Shown here piece after piece: positions 26,763 to 38,441 of a DNA stretch of 53,114 nucleotides. The DNA is taken from positions 1 to 53,114 of the forward strand of contig CAZGGW010000002.1 of NCBI GenBank assembly GCA_964525365.1. Reading direction: 5' to 3'. Numbering within the stretch: the stretch's first letter is position 1; every line of letters starts with the position of its first letter. This DNA comes from an uncultured Muribaculaceae bacterium. Its GTDB lineage: Bacteria > Bacillota_I > Bacilli_A > RF39 > UBA660. Made by a program: the position numbers and the translations under genes. The notes under the pieces were generated by a model. It worked only from the letters and a program-made list of their open reading frames with translations, ran no database searches and was not told the DNA's origin.

Positions 26763-26886
26763 TAAAAAGATTGTTATTAACAATTCAAAATAGTAAAATT
26801 TACCTTATGTATAAGCAATCATTAAAGTTATTAACAATATCAACTTTAATAATAAAAATATAATAATAAAAAGAAAGAAGAAAATT
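26763..26886. other. dnaA-dnaN intergenic region, probable second oriC half / unwinding region
   Basis: It holds two TTATTAACA box-like sites (2 mismatches from TTATCCACA), followed by an almost pure A/T tract (AATAATAAAAATATAATAATAAAAA). The role is assigned by analogy with bipartite Firmicute origins. Confidence 0.4.
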
Positions 26887-28008
26887 ATGAATTTAAAAAT
26901 TAAAAAATCAATTTTATTAGAAAGTTTAAATTATGTTAGTAAAGCGTTATCAAGTAGAAATATAATTCCAATACTAAATGGTATTAAATTTGAATTAACA
27001 AAAAAAGGACTTTCAATAACAGCAACTGATAATGAAATATCTATAAATACTTTTATATCAAAAGAAAATATATTATTAATTAAAGAAGAAGGAATTTTAA
27101 TAATATATGGAAAATATTTATTAGAAATAATTAGAAAATTACCATCAGATCAAGTAGAAATATATTCAGTAGAAAATAATAAAGCTATTATTACTACCAA
27201 AACGTCTAAATATGATTTAAATTGTTATGATATAAATGATTTTCCGAAAATAGATTTTAAAGCAGATAAAAAACCTATTATTATAAATTCTAATATATTT
27301 TTAAATATTATAAATAAAACATTATTTGCAACTTCAACACAAGAAAGTAGGCCAGTATTAACTGGATTAAATATCAAAATTCAAGGAAATTTACTAGAAT
27401 GTATTGGAACAGATTCTTATAGGTTGGCTAAAAAAATTTATAAAATAGAAGACATGGTGGATGAAAATATAAATATTATAATTCCATCTAAAAGTTTAAT
27501 AGAATTAATAAAAATTTTAGAAGATAATAATGAATCCTTAGAATTAAATATTACTGAGAATAAAATATTATTTAAATATAAAAATGTTCTATTTCAATCT
27601 AGTTTATTAAATGGAACTTTCCCAAATACAAATAATTCAATTCCAACAGAGTTTGAAATTCAATTTAAAGTAAATTTAAATGAAATCTATAATGTAATTG
27701 ATAGAGCTTCGTTATTAACACAATTTAAAGAAAAGAATATAATTACTTTAGAACAACAAGATACTAAACTAATTATAAATTCATCAAGTCAAGAAATAGG
27801 CAAAGTAGAAGAAATAATGAATTGTGAAAAAATTAAAGGTGATAAAATAAAAATATCATTTAATTCCAAATATATGTTAGATGCATTAAAAACTTTTACT
27901 TCAGAAAATATAATATTAAACTTTAATGGCGAGTTAAAACCTATAATAATTTCTTCAAGTGAAGAAACTGAATTAACTCAATTGATATTACCAATAAAAA
28001 CATTCTAA
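26887..28008 (+). CDS. dnaN: DNA polymerase III beta sliding clamp
   Basis: 373 aa: SRNIIPILNGIKFEL, ESRPVLTGLNI, GTDSYRLA, and the C-terminus LILPIKTF. Confidence 0.95.
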   Translation: MNLKIKKSILLESLNYVSKALSSRNIIPILNGIKFELTKKGLSITATDNEISINTFISKENILLIKEEGILIIYGKYLLEIIRKLPSDQVEIYSVENNKAIITTKTSKYDLNCYDINDFPKIDFKADKKPIIINSNIFLNIINKTLFATSTQESRPVLTGLNIKIQGNLLECIGTDSYRLAKKIYKIEDMVDENINIIIPSKSLIELIKILEDNNESLELNITENKILFKYKNVLFQSSLLNGTFPNTNNSIPTEFEIQFKVNLNEIYNVIDRASLLTQFKEKNIITLEQQDTKLIINSSSQEIGKVEEIMNCEKIKGDKIKISFNSKYMLDALKTFTSENIILNFNGELKPIIISSSEETELTQLILPIKTF

Positions 28009-28045
28009 AAATATTAAAAATAAAAAATTTAATATTTTTTTCTTT

Positions 28046-28089
28046 TTCGACATAAATCGACAAATTTTGACAAAACTTTATGATACAAT
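28046..28089 (+). promoter_or_regulatory. comK upstream region: three 10-bp-phased Spo0A-box-like repeats and an extended -10
   Basis: TTCGACA (28046), ATCGACA (28056) and TTTGACA (28066) are complements of the 0A box TGTCGAA, with matches of 7/7, 6/7 and 5/7. TGATACAAT follows at 28081-28089. Confidence 0.4.
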
Positions 28090-28126
28090 ACATCTTGAAA
28101 ATTTTTAAGGAAAGGAGGAAAATATT

Positions 28127-28585
28127 ATGGATTATGAAATAAATAGTGAAACTCTTGCTATACTTCCAATAAATAAATCTGAGAGTAAAATAATAGAAAA
28201 AAATACTCAATATATTATTTCGAATAATACATTTGAAGTGATTGAACATAGTTGTGAATATTTTGGAAGTTCATATTTAGGAAGATTTAATGGAACAAAA
28301 AATATTTTAAATGTAACACATAAATCTCCTATAATTATAGAAGAGAGCACAAATTTAATATTTTTTCCAACTACATCTCCAAATAATCCTAATTGTATTT
28401 GGATATCATTAAATAATATTTTAAATTATTTACCAGGGAATAATCATAAAACTTCTATAGTAGAGTTTAATGATGGTTCTAAACTAGAAATAAATACAAC
28501 AATAGGTATTTTAAATAATCAAATATTAAGAGCAACCAGACTTCAAATGCTATTTAATCAAAGAAGAGAAAAAATACAAAAATAG
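28127..28585 (+). CDS. comK: ComK-family competence transcription factor (short form, 152 aa)
   Basis: YEINSETLAILP, SCEYFGSSYLGR, HKSPIIIEESTNLIFFPTTSP and NCIWIS align with B. subtilis ComK (YEVNGATIAVLP, SCRFFGSSYAGR, HKPPIMVDPSNQIFLFPT, CGWIS). RBS AAAGGAGG. Confidence 0.85.
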   Translation: MDYEINSETLAILPINKSESKIIEKNTQYIISNNTFEVIEHSCEYFGSSYLGRFNGTKNILNVTHKSPIIIEESTNLIFFPTTSPNNPNCIWISLNNILNYLPGNNHKTSIVEFNDGSKLEINTTIGILNNQILRATRLQMLFNQRREKIQK

Positions 28586-28605
28586 TGGTTTTTCCACTAT
28601 TTTTA
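28583..28605 (+). terminator. Intrinsic terminator after comK
   Basis: TAGTGG-TTTTT-CCACTA followed by TTTTTAT. The stem includes the TAG stop. Confidence 0.6.
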
Positions 28606-28681
28606 TGCTATAATTATTAATAGGTATAGGAGTATTACTGTACCTATTATTTAATTTAAAAATTACAAAAGAGGGTTTTTC

Positions 28682-31691
<3,010 letters not shown>

Positions 31692-31704
31692 TGAGGTGAA
31701 AAAT

Positions 31705-34137
31705 ATGGATCATAATAGAGATAGATTGGAAGAAAATAATATAGTTAATGAAATAAGTAGTTCTTTTATGGAGTACTCATTAAGTGTAATAAAATCAAGA
31801 GCATTACCAGATTTAAGAGATGGATTGAAACCGGTACATAGAAGAATATTATATTCTATGTATGAATCGGGTTATACTCCAGATAAGTCTCACAAAAAAA
31901 GTGCAAGAATTGTGGGGGATGTTATGGGAAAATATCATCCTCATGGTGATTCTTCAATATATGAAGCTATGGTAAGAATGGCACAAGATTTTAATTATCG
32001 TTATATGCTTGTAGATGGACATGGAAATTTCGGAAACATTGAAGGATATGGTGCTGCTGCAATGCGTTATACTGAATCAAGACTTTCTAAAATTTCACTA
32101 GAATTATTAAGAGATATAAACAAAAACACAGTAGATTTTGTAGATAATTTTGATGGATTAGAAAAAGAACCTGTTGTGATTCCATCAAGATTTCCAAACA
32201 TATTGGTAAATGGTACAATGGGTATCGCAGTGGGTATGGCAACAAATATCCCACCACATAATCTTGGAGAAGTAATTGATGGCTGTGTGGCATATATAAA
32301 TAATCCAGAGATTAGTACACTAGAATTGATGAATTATGTTAAAGGACCTGATTTTCCAACAGGTGGATTAATATTAGGTACAAAAGGGATAAAACAAGCA
32401 TATGAAACTGGTAGGGGGACAATTACAATAAGAAGTAAAGCTTCTATAGAAGAAAAAGATGGAAAAAATTATATTATTGTAGATGAAGTTCCATACGGAG
32501 TTAATACATCAGAACTAAAAAACAAAGTCGCAGAGCTTGTTCATAATAAGACATTAGAAGGAATTTCAGACTATCATACCGATTTAAAAAATGGAATTAA
32601 AATTACAATTACTTTAAAGAAAGATGCTAATCCTCAAGTTATATTAAATAAATTATATAAACACACACAATTTCAAATAAATTATGGAATAATATTTTTA
32701 ATGTTGGATGGTATTACACCTAAAACATTGGGATTAAAAAGCATCATATCCAAATATATTGATTTTCAAAAGGAAATAATATATAGAAGAACAAGGTTTG
32801 ATTTAGATAAAGCTGAAAAACGTGTTCATATATTAGAAGGATTAAAAATTGCCTTAGACAACATTGATGAAGTAATAAAAATTATAAAATCTTCCAAAAC
32901 CGACGATATTGCAAAAGAACAGTTATCTTTAAAATTTGGTTTAGACAACATACAAGCAGAAGCAATTTTAGAAATGAAGTTGCGACGTTTGACTGGATTA
33001 GAAAGAGATAAAATTGAAGCTGAATTAAAAGAATTAGAAAAATTAATTAGTGAATTATTATCTATACTAGCTTCGGATAAAAAAGTATTAGAAATAATAC
33101 AGAAAGAGTTAATTGAAATAAAAGAAAAATATGGCGATGAGAGAAAAACAAAAATTGATATGACGTCTATTGAATATATAGAAGACGAATCTTTAATTCC
33201 ATCAGAGAATATAATTGTTACTATAACTTCAAACAACTATATCAAACGTTTGACTGAAGATTCATATAAAACGCAACATAGAGGTGGAGTTGGAGTAAAG
33301 GGAATAACTATAAATGAAGAAGATTGTGTAGAGCAAATAATACATTTAAATACACATGATTACATAATGTTCTTTTCAAATATGGGAAAAGTATATAGAT
33401 TAAAAGGATATGAAATTCCAGAATTTTCTAAAGTTTCAAAAGGAATACCTGTTGTTAATTTAATTCAAATAGAAAAAGAAGAAAAAATAAAACAAATACT
33501 AAAAGTAGAGAAAGATGACACAAACAAATATTTGATAGTATCAACAAAAAAAGGATTAATTAAAAAATCCAAAATTGAAGATTTTGAAAATATAAGAAAA
33601 ACCGGAAAAATAGCAATAAAACTAAAAGATGAAGACGAATTAATATCTGTAAATAAAACAAATGGAAATGATGAAATAATTATGTGTTCTTCTCTTGGCA
33701 AAATGGTTAGATTTAATGAAAATCAAATTAGAGTAATGGGCAGAACAGCTAGCGGAGTAAAAGGAATAAACACATTAAACAGTAGCTGCGTTGGCACAGA
33801 AATAACAAATAAAGATGAACAAATTTTAATAGTAACGCAAAATGGTTATGGTAAAATAACTCCAACATCAGAATATAGAGAAATAAAGCGAGGTGGGAAA
33901 GGAGTTAAAGCATTATCTGTTACGAATAAAAATGGAAATATAATAGGATTTAAGTCAATAGACAAATCAAATGTAGATCTTCTTTTAATGACAAAAGCAG
34001 GTGTTGTTATAAGAATAAAAGTAGAAGATATAAGTAAAAGTGGCAGAGTAACTCAAGGTGTTCGACTTATAAAATTAAAAGAAAATAATATAGTTTCATC
34101 AATATCTGTTTTAAAAGAAAATATTAATGATGATTAA
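31705..34137 (+). CDS. gyrA: DNA gyrase subunit A
   Basis: The ATG at 31705 has RBS GAGGTG. Motifs: [36 protein letters not shown] (QRDR), the active-site Tyr in AAMRYTE, and a C-terminal beta-pinwheel. Confidence 0.97.
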   Translation: MDHNRDRLEENNIVNEISSSFMEYSLSVIKSRALPDLRDGLKPVHRRILYSMYESGYTPDKSHKKSARIVGDVMGKYHPHGDSSIYEAMVRMAQDFNYRYMLVDGHGNFGNIEGYGAAAMRYTESRLSKISLELLRDINKNTVDFVDNFDGLEKEPVVIPSRFPNILVNGTMGIAVGMATNIPPHNLGEVIDGCVAYINNPEISTLELMNYVKGPDFPTGGLILGTKGIKQAYETGRGTITIRSKASIEEKDGKNYIIVDEVPYGVNTSELKNKVAELVHNKTLEGISDYHTDLKNGIKITITLKKDANPQVILNKLYKHTQFQINYGIIFLMLDGITPKTLGLKSIISKYIDFQKEIIYRRTRFDLDKAEKRVHILEGLKIALDNIDEVIKIIKSSKTDDIAKEQLSLKFGLDNIQAEAILEMKLRRLTGLERDKIEAELKELEKLISELLSILASDKKVLEIIQKELIEIKEKYGDERKTKIDMTSIEYIEDESLIPSENIIVTITSNNYIKRLTEDSYKTQHRGGVGVKGITINEEDCVEQIIHLNTHDYIMFFSNMGKVYRLKGYEIPEFSKVSKGIPVVNLIQIEKEEKIKQILKVEKDDTNKYLIVSTKKGLIKKSKIEDFENIRKTGKIAIKLKDEDELISVNKTNGNDEIIMCSSLGKMVRFNENQIRVMGRTASGVKGINTLNSSCVGTEITNKDEQILIVTQNGYGKITPTSEYREIKRGGKGVKALSVTNKNGNIIGFKSIDKSNVDLLLMTKAGVVIRIKVEDISKSGRVTQGVRLIKLKENNIVSSISVLKENINDD

Positions 34138-34171
34138 AAAAATAATGTTCCACGTGGAACATTATTTTTTT
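34136..34171. terminator. 36-bp perfect palindrome acting as the gyrA terminator and containing parS-1
   Basis: AAAAAAATAATGTTCCAC|GTGGAACATTATTTTTTT gives an 18-bp-per-arm perfect inverted repeat with flanking A/T runs. Confidence 0.6.
34146..34161. other. parS: parS centromere-like site 1 (perfect)
   Basis: TGTTCCACGTGGAACA is a 16-bp perfect palindrome matching the Firmicute parS consensus TGTTNCACGTGAAACA. Confidence 0.8.
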
Positions 34172-34178
34172 AATTAAA

Positions 34179-34194
34179 AGTTTCACGTGGAACA
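34179..34194. other. parS: parS centromere-like site 2
   Basis: AGTTTCACGTGGAACA lies 33 bp from site 1 and has one deviation from the consensus at the outermost position. Confidence 0.7.
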
Positions 34195-34205
34195 TTTAAT
34201 TAAAA

Positions 34206-34234
34206 TTGAATTTTTTCGATTTGTATTATATAAT
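34206..34234 (+). promoter_or_regulatory. Sigma-A promoter of the SRP RNA gene
   Basis: TTGAAT (34206-34211)-17 nt-TATAAT (34229-34234). The G at 34241 is a plausible +1. Confidence 0.55.
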
Positions 34235-34240
34235 GTAATA

Positions 34241-34312
34241 GGTGCAATATATACTTTAGAAACAGGTCAGGACTGGAAAGTAGCATCCTTAATAATTGTA
34301 TATATGTGTGCC
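34241..34312 (+). ncRNA. ffs: Small (4.5S-type) signal recognition particle RNA
   Basis: ACAGGTCAGGACTGGAAAGTAGCATCC matches the conserved SRP domain IV of E. coli 4.5S (CCAGGUCAGGUCCGGAAGGAAGCAGCC), with a GGAA tetraloop. The closing stem is GGTGCAATATATAC / GTATATATGTGTGCC. A T-run follows at 34313-34320. Confidence 0.7.
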
Positions 34313-34331
34313 TTTATTTTTGAGGTGAAGG

Positions 34332-34742
34332 TTGAAAAATGAAATAATAGAAGAAATGTTGATTTTGGCAAACAAAGCAAAAAAAAAGAATGAGATTCCA
34401 GTTTCTGCGGTTATAACAAAAAACAATAAAATTTATGCGAAGGCATATAATAAAAAAAGTAAAAGTAACGATTTGTTGGGACATGCAGAAATACTTGCAA
34501 TAAAAAAAGCTATTAGGAAGAATAAAGATTGGAGACTTGATAGCTTTGAAATGTATACTACTATGAAACCATGTAAAATGTGCGAAGCTATAATAAATGA
34601 ATCTAGAATAAAAAAAGTGTATTACCTTGTAGAAAATCAAAAGAAAAAAACCGAGGGCTTTAAGTATATAAAATTAAAAAATTCATGTGAAACTGAATAC
34701 TTAGAAATATTAAAATCTTTTTTTAAAAAAAAAAGAAAATAA
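34332..34742 (+). CDS. tadA: tRNA-specific adenosine deaminase TadA
   Basis: Deaminase zinc motifs HAEILAI and PCKMCEAII. The start is uncertain: TTG at 34332 after GAGGTG, or ATG at 34356. Confidence 0.85.
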   Translation: MKNEIIEEMLILANKAKKKNEIPVSAVITKNNKIYAKAYNKKSKSNDLLGHAEILAIKKAIRKNKDWRLDSFEMYTTMKPCKMCEAIINESRIKKVYYLVENQKKKTEGFKYIKLKNSCETEYLEILKSFFKKKRK

Positions 34743-34789
34743 TGTATTTGTAAAAATTAAATGTTATAATAATTAAAGAAGGAAATATT

Positions 34790-36472
34790 ATGAATTATAT
34801 CGCACTTTATCGAAAATATAGGCCGGCGAACTTTGAAGAAGTGTCTGGCCAAGATGTTATAGTTAAAATTTTAAAAAATAGCATAACAGAAAAAAAAATT
34901 AGCCATGCATATTTGTTTAGCGGTCCGAGAGGAACTGGAAAGACTAGTGTTGCTAAAATATTTTCTCATGCGGTTAACTGTATAACACCAATTGATGGTG
35001 AACCATGTGGCAAATGTGAAATATGTAAAAAACTTAAAGATAATATGGTTGATGTTATAGAAATGGATGCTGCCAGTAACAATGGCGTAGATGAAATAAG
35101 AGAAATTAGAAATAATGTAAAATTGGCACCTTCTTTTTGTAAATATAAAATTTATATAATAGATGAAGTTCATATGCTGTCTTCAGGCGCATTTAATGCT
35201 CTTCTTAAAACATTAGAAGAGCCACCTCAACATGTGATATTTATATTGGCAACTACCGAAATTCAAAAAATACCCCTAACTATTATTTCTAGATGTCAAA
35301 GATTTGATTTTAAAAAAATAACAATTACTAAATTGGAAGAAAAATTAGAATATATTGCTAAAAAGGAAAAAATTGATGTTGATAAAACAGCAATAAAACT
35401 TATTTCTCAGATTAGCGATGGTGGGTTTAGAGATGCTATAAATATTTTAGATCAATTAAATGCTATCTCATCAAAAAAAATAACTTTAGAAGACATATAT
35501 AAAATAACAGGAACTATATCAGAAGAAATTATCGAACAATTATTCGTTAATATAAAAAATCACAATTTAAAGGAAGGATTGACTCTTACCAATCGATTTT
35601 ATGAAACCGGCAAAAATCTTTCTTTAATTGCAAATCAAATGCTATTATATTTGAGAGATATCAACATTAATAACAATCTTCATAATTATTTTGATAAAGA
35701 ATATGAAGAAAGATTAAATATATTTACATGCTTTAATAGCGAATATTGCTTTGAAATGTCTAATATATTAATAAAACTTATAGAAGAATTAAAAAAGTCA
35801 CATACACAAAACATCATATTTGAAGTATATTATTTATATTTATATAATTTTTATAATAAAGAAAATATAGGTGAAGAGAGTCAAAAAAATATTTCCCGGG
35901 AAATAATGCAAAAAAACGATCAAAAAAATGATCAAAAAAAATCAAAAATAAATTTGGCGCAAACTCCTGCAAATAGAGGCTTTGAAGAAAAACCACAAAA
36001 AAAAATCAAAGAAATTTTTATTAATAATATACTATCTGAGGCTTCGAAAGAAGACTTAAAAAACTTAAAAAATAATTTTCAAAAGCGTCTAGACTTTATT
36101 TCTTCAAAAAAGTATAATAATATTGTTAATATATTAAATTATTGTGAACCTGTTGTTTGCTCAAAAAATTATATATTATTTAAATGTAAATTAAATATAG
36201 ATTTATTTGAATCAAACATAGAAAAAATAACTAACTTTATGGAGCAAATCACGGGACTAAGATATGAAATTCTTGGTATAAAAGAAGAAGAATGGATTAA
36301 AGAAAAACAAAACTATATAAATAATAGAAGAAATGGTGTAATATATAAAAAAATAGAAAACATTAAAGATGCAATGGGCAATACCAAAATAAAATCTGAA
36401 AACAAAGATTTGCCAAAAATAGTTAAAAAAGCTGTAGATATTTTTGGAGAAAGTAATATTATAATAAAATAG
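34790..36472 (+). CDS. dnaX: DNA polymerase III subunits gamma/tau
   Basis: 560 aa: HAYLFSGPRGTGKTS, zinc module CGKCEICK, box IIDEVHMLS, SRCQRFDF. Confidence 0.95.
   Translation: MNYIALYRKYRPANFEEVSGQDVIVKILKNSITEKKISHAYLFSGPRGTGKTSVAKIFSHAVNCITPIDGEPCGKCEICKKLKDNMVDVIEMDAASNNGVDEIREIRNNVKLAPSFCKYKIYIIDEVHMLSSGAFNALLKTLEEPPQHVIFILATTEIQKIPLTIISRCQRFDFKKITITKLEEKLEYIAKKEKIDVDKTAIKLISQISDGGFRDAINILDQLNAISSKKITLEDIYKITGTISEEIIEQLFVNIKNHNLKEGLTLTNRFYETGKNLSLIANQMLLYLRDININNNLHNYFDKEYEERLNIFTCFNSEYCFEMSNILIKLIEELKKSHTQNIIFEVYYLYLYNFYNKENIGEESQKNISREIMQKNDQKNDQKKSKINLAQTPANRGFEEKPQKKIKEIFINNILSEASKEDLKNLKNNFQKRLDFISSKKYNNIVNILNYCEPVVCSKNYILFKCKLNIDLFESNIEKITNFMEQITGLRYEILGIKEEEWIKEKQNYINNRRNGVIYKKIENIKDAMGNTKIKSENKDLPKIVKKAVDIFGESNIIIK
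35890..35905. other. Noc-binding-site (NBS) palindrome inside dnaX
   Basis: TATTTCCCGGGAAATA is a perfect 16-bp palindrome. It contains the full 14-bp B. subtilis NBS consensus ATTTCCCGGGAAAT. By eye it is the only CCCGGG in this AT-rich window. Confidence 0.6.
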
Positions 36473-36481
36473 GAGGAAAAT

Positions 36482-36775
36482 ATGAATATTCAAAATTTAA
36501 TGGCTCAAGCAAAAAAAATGCAAGATGGAATGGAGAAAACAATAAAAGAAATAGAAGAAATGGAGTTTATATCAGAAAAAAATGGTATAAAAATAGTCGT
36601 TTATGGTTCAAATGTAGTTAAACAAATTATAATTAATGATAAAAACTTATTAAAAGATGATGAATTACTATCTGATGTTATATTGCTTACAGTAAATGAT
36701 GCTCTTTCACAAGTTAAAAAGATAAAGGAAGAGAAATTAGGAAAATATAGTGCGGGTCTAGGAGGAATGTTCTAA
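36482..36775 (+). CDS. ybaB: Nucleoid-associated protein YbaB/EbfC
   Basis: 97 aa: NIQNLMAQAKKMQDGMEK... It has the conserved position between dnaX and recR. Confidence 0.9.
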   Translation: MNIQNLMAQAKKMQDGMEKTIKEIEEMEFISEKNGIKIVVYGSNVVKQIIINDKNLLKDDELLSDVILLTVNDALSQVKKIKEEKLGKYSAGLGGMF

Positions 36776-37371
36776 TGATATATCCAAAATCTTTTGAAAA
36801 CTTGATGGAAAGTTTTCAAAAATTGCCGGGTATAGGTGAAAAATCTTCAGAAAGATTTGTTTATTATATATATGGACTTGCAACAGAAGATATTGAAGAT
36901 TTTGCAAAAAATCTTTTAAATTTTAAAAAAAAAATAAAAAAATGTGAAATATGTGGACATTATACCGATGAGAAAATATGTAATATATGTAAACAAGAAA
37001 ATAGAAATAAAAAAGTGATTTGCGTAGTAGAAGATTCAAAAAGTGTTTTTGCACTTGAAAAATCACAAAATTATAAAGGTGTTTATCATGTCTTAAACGG
37101 ACTTATATCTCCAATAGATAATATAAATCCTGAAGATATTAATCTCAACTCATTAGTTAATGATAGAATTAAAACCGCAGAAGAAATAATAATAGCATTA
37201 AACCCATCAATAGAAGGTGAAACAACTTCATTATATATACAAAAACTTTTAGAAAAGAAAAATATAAAAATTTCCAGGCTTTCTTATGGAATTCCTGTTG
37301 GAACTGATATTGAATATTTGGATCCTATAGTAGTATTAAAAGCATTTGAAGATAGAAAAACAATTTCATAA
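36775..37371 (+). CDS. recR: Recombination protein RecR
   Basis: 198 aa: KLPGIGEKSSERF (HhH), C4 zinc finger CEICGHYTDEKICNIC, Toprim VVEDSKSV. Confidence 0.95.
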   Translation: MIYPKSFENLMESFQKLPGIGEKSSERFVYYIYGLATEDIEDFAKNLLNFKKKIKKCEICGHYTDEKICNICKQENRNKKVICVVEDSKSVFALEKSQNYKGVYHVLNGLISPIDNINPEDINLNSLVNDRIKTAEEIIIALNPSIEGETTSLYIQKLLEKKNIKISRLSYGIPVGTDIEYLDPIVVLKAFEDRKTIS

Positions 37372-37410
37372 TACGTAAGAATTATAGTATAATTAATATG
37401 AAGGAACAAA

Positions 37411-37593
37411 ATGGAAAAAATATTTTTTATAATCAAAAAAATTGTAATATCTATTTCTTTAATTTATTCTTTTAATTTAATGATTAGTAAGATGAATTTG
37501 ATTGTTCCAATAAATTATATAACTGTAGGCGGAACAGCAATTTTAGGAATGCCATTTATGCTTATGACAATTTTACTCAAAATTATTTTATAA
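37411..37593 (+). CDS. bofA: Pro-sigma-K processing inhibitor BofA
   Basis: 60 aa with 2 TM helices. NLIVPINYITVGGTAILGMPFMLM parallels B. subtilis BofA (GIHVPINLVTTAISGILGIPG). It follows recR as in Bacillus. Confidence 0.7.
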   Translation: MEKIFFIIKKIVISISLIYSFNLMISKMNLIVPINYITVGGTAILGMPFMLMTILLKIIL

Positions 37594-37603
37594 GGAGAAT
37601 AGA

Positions 37604-38422
37604 ATGGAAAAATTAGAAAATATTTTTAATAAAATAAAAGAAAACAACAAACTTGGACATGCTTTTTTAATAGGAAATACTACGTATGAGGACATTGCTC
37701 CGCAAATAGAAAAAGTTATTGCATCTTCTATTTTTTTATCTAACATAAAAATAGAAAATAATCCCAGTATTATTATAATAAATCCTGAGAACGGAATAAT
37801 AAGTAAAGAAGCAATAGAAGATCTACAACTGCGAATAAAAAACAAATCACAGATTTCAAAAAATAAAATATATATTATTTGCGAATGCGAAAAAATGAAT
37901 TTATTCTCAGCAAATAGTTTATTGAAAATGCTGGAAGATCCAGAAGAAAATGTATATGCATTCCTAATTACTTCAAATATAAGTTCGGTTCTAGAAACAA
38001 TAAGGTCTCGTTGTGAACTGATTTTATTAAATACTGATTTCATAAGTTCTAAAGCAATAGAAGAATTTTCAGAAGAAGAAAAAAAAGTTATTGTAGAATT
38101 TATAAAATCAATAGAGCATTATAAAAAAACTATAATTGCATATAATGATAAGATAAAAATAAAAAATTTAACAAAAAAAGATTTAAAAAAGACACTAATA
38201 ATGATACAATTTTTTTATATTGATTGTTTAAAATTTGCTCTTGGGAATGAGCCTCAAATATTTAAAGATAATTTAGACTTTATTAAAACTGTTATTGAAT
38301 CAACTACTTTAATAAATTTATCAAAAAAAATATTAATTATAAATGAATCAATAAAATCTATAGAATACAATTTAAATTTATCCATGATATTTGATGGTTT
38401 AATGATAAAATTAAATGAATGA
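37604..38422 (+). CDS. holB: DNA polymerase III delta' subunit
   Basis: 272 aa: LGHAFLIGN, CEKMNLFSANSLLKMLEDPEEN, SRCELI. Confidence 0.8.
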   Translation: MEKLENIFNKIKENNKLGHAFLIGNTTYEDIAPQIEKVIASSIFLSNIKIENNPSIIIINPENGIISKEAIEDLQLRIKNKSQISKNKIYIICECEKMNLFSANSLLKMLEDPEENVYAFLITSNISSVLETIRSRCELILLNTDFISSKAIEEFSEEEKKVIVEFIKSIEHYKKTIIAYNDKIKIKNLTKKDLKKTLIMIQFFYIDCLKFALGNEPQIFKDNLDFIKTVIESTTLINLSKKILIINESIKSIEYNLNLSMIFDGLMIKLNE

Positions 38423-38441
38423 AGGAGTAATAGATAAGATG

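Noticed and set aside
28009-28040. An AT-only inverted repeat (AAATATTAAA...TTTAATATTT) after dnaN, considered as a terminator.
   Set aside because: The stem has no G:C pairs. It is plausible only as a very weak terminator and is indistinguishable from background A/T symmetry.
35915-35950. A-rich tandem repeat in dnaX (AACGATCAAAAAA / AATGATCAAAAAAAAA), considered as a possible programmed frameshift site for a gamma subunit.
   Set aside because: The repeat simply encodes a QKNDQKNDQKK low-complexity linker. There is no downstream stop in the -1 frame positioned as in E. coli and no stimulatory hairpin. dnaX frameshifting is not established in Firmicutes.
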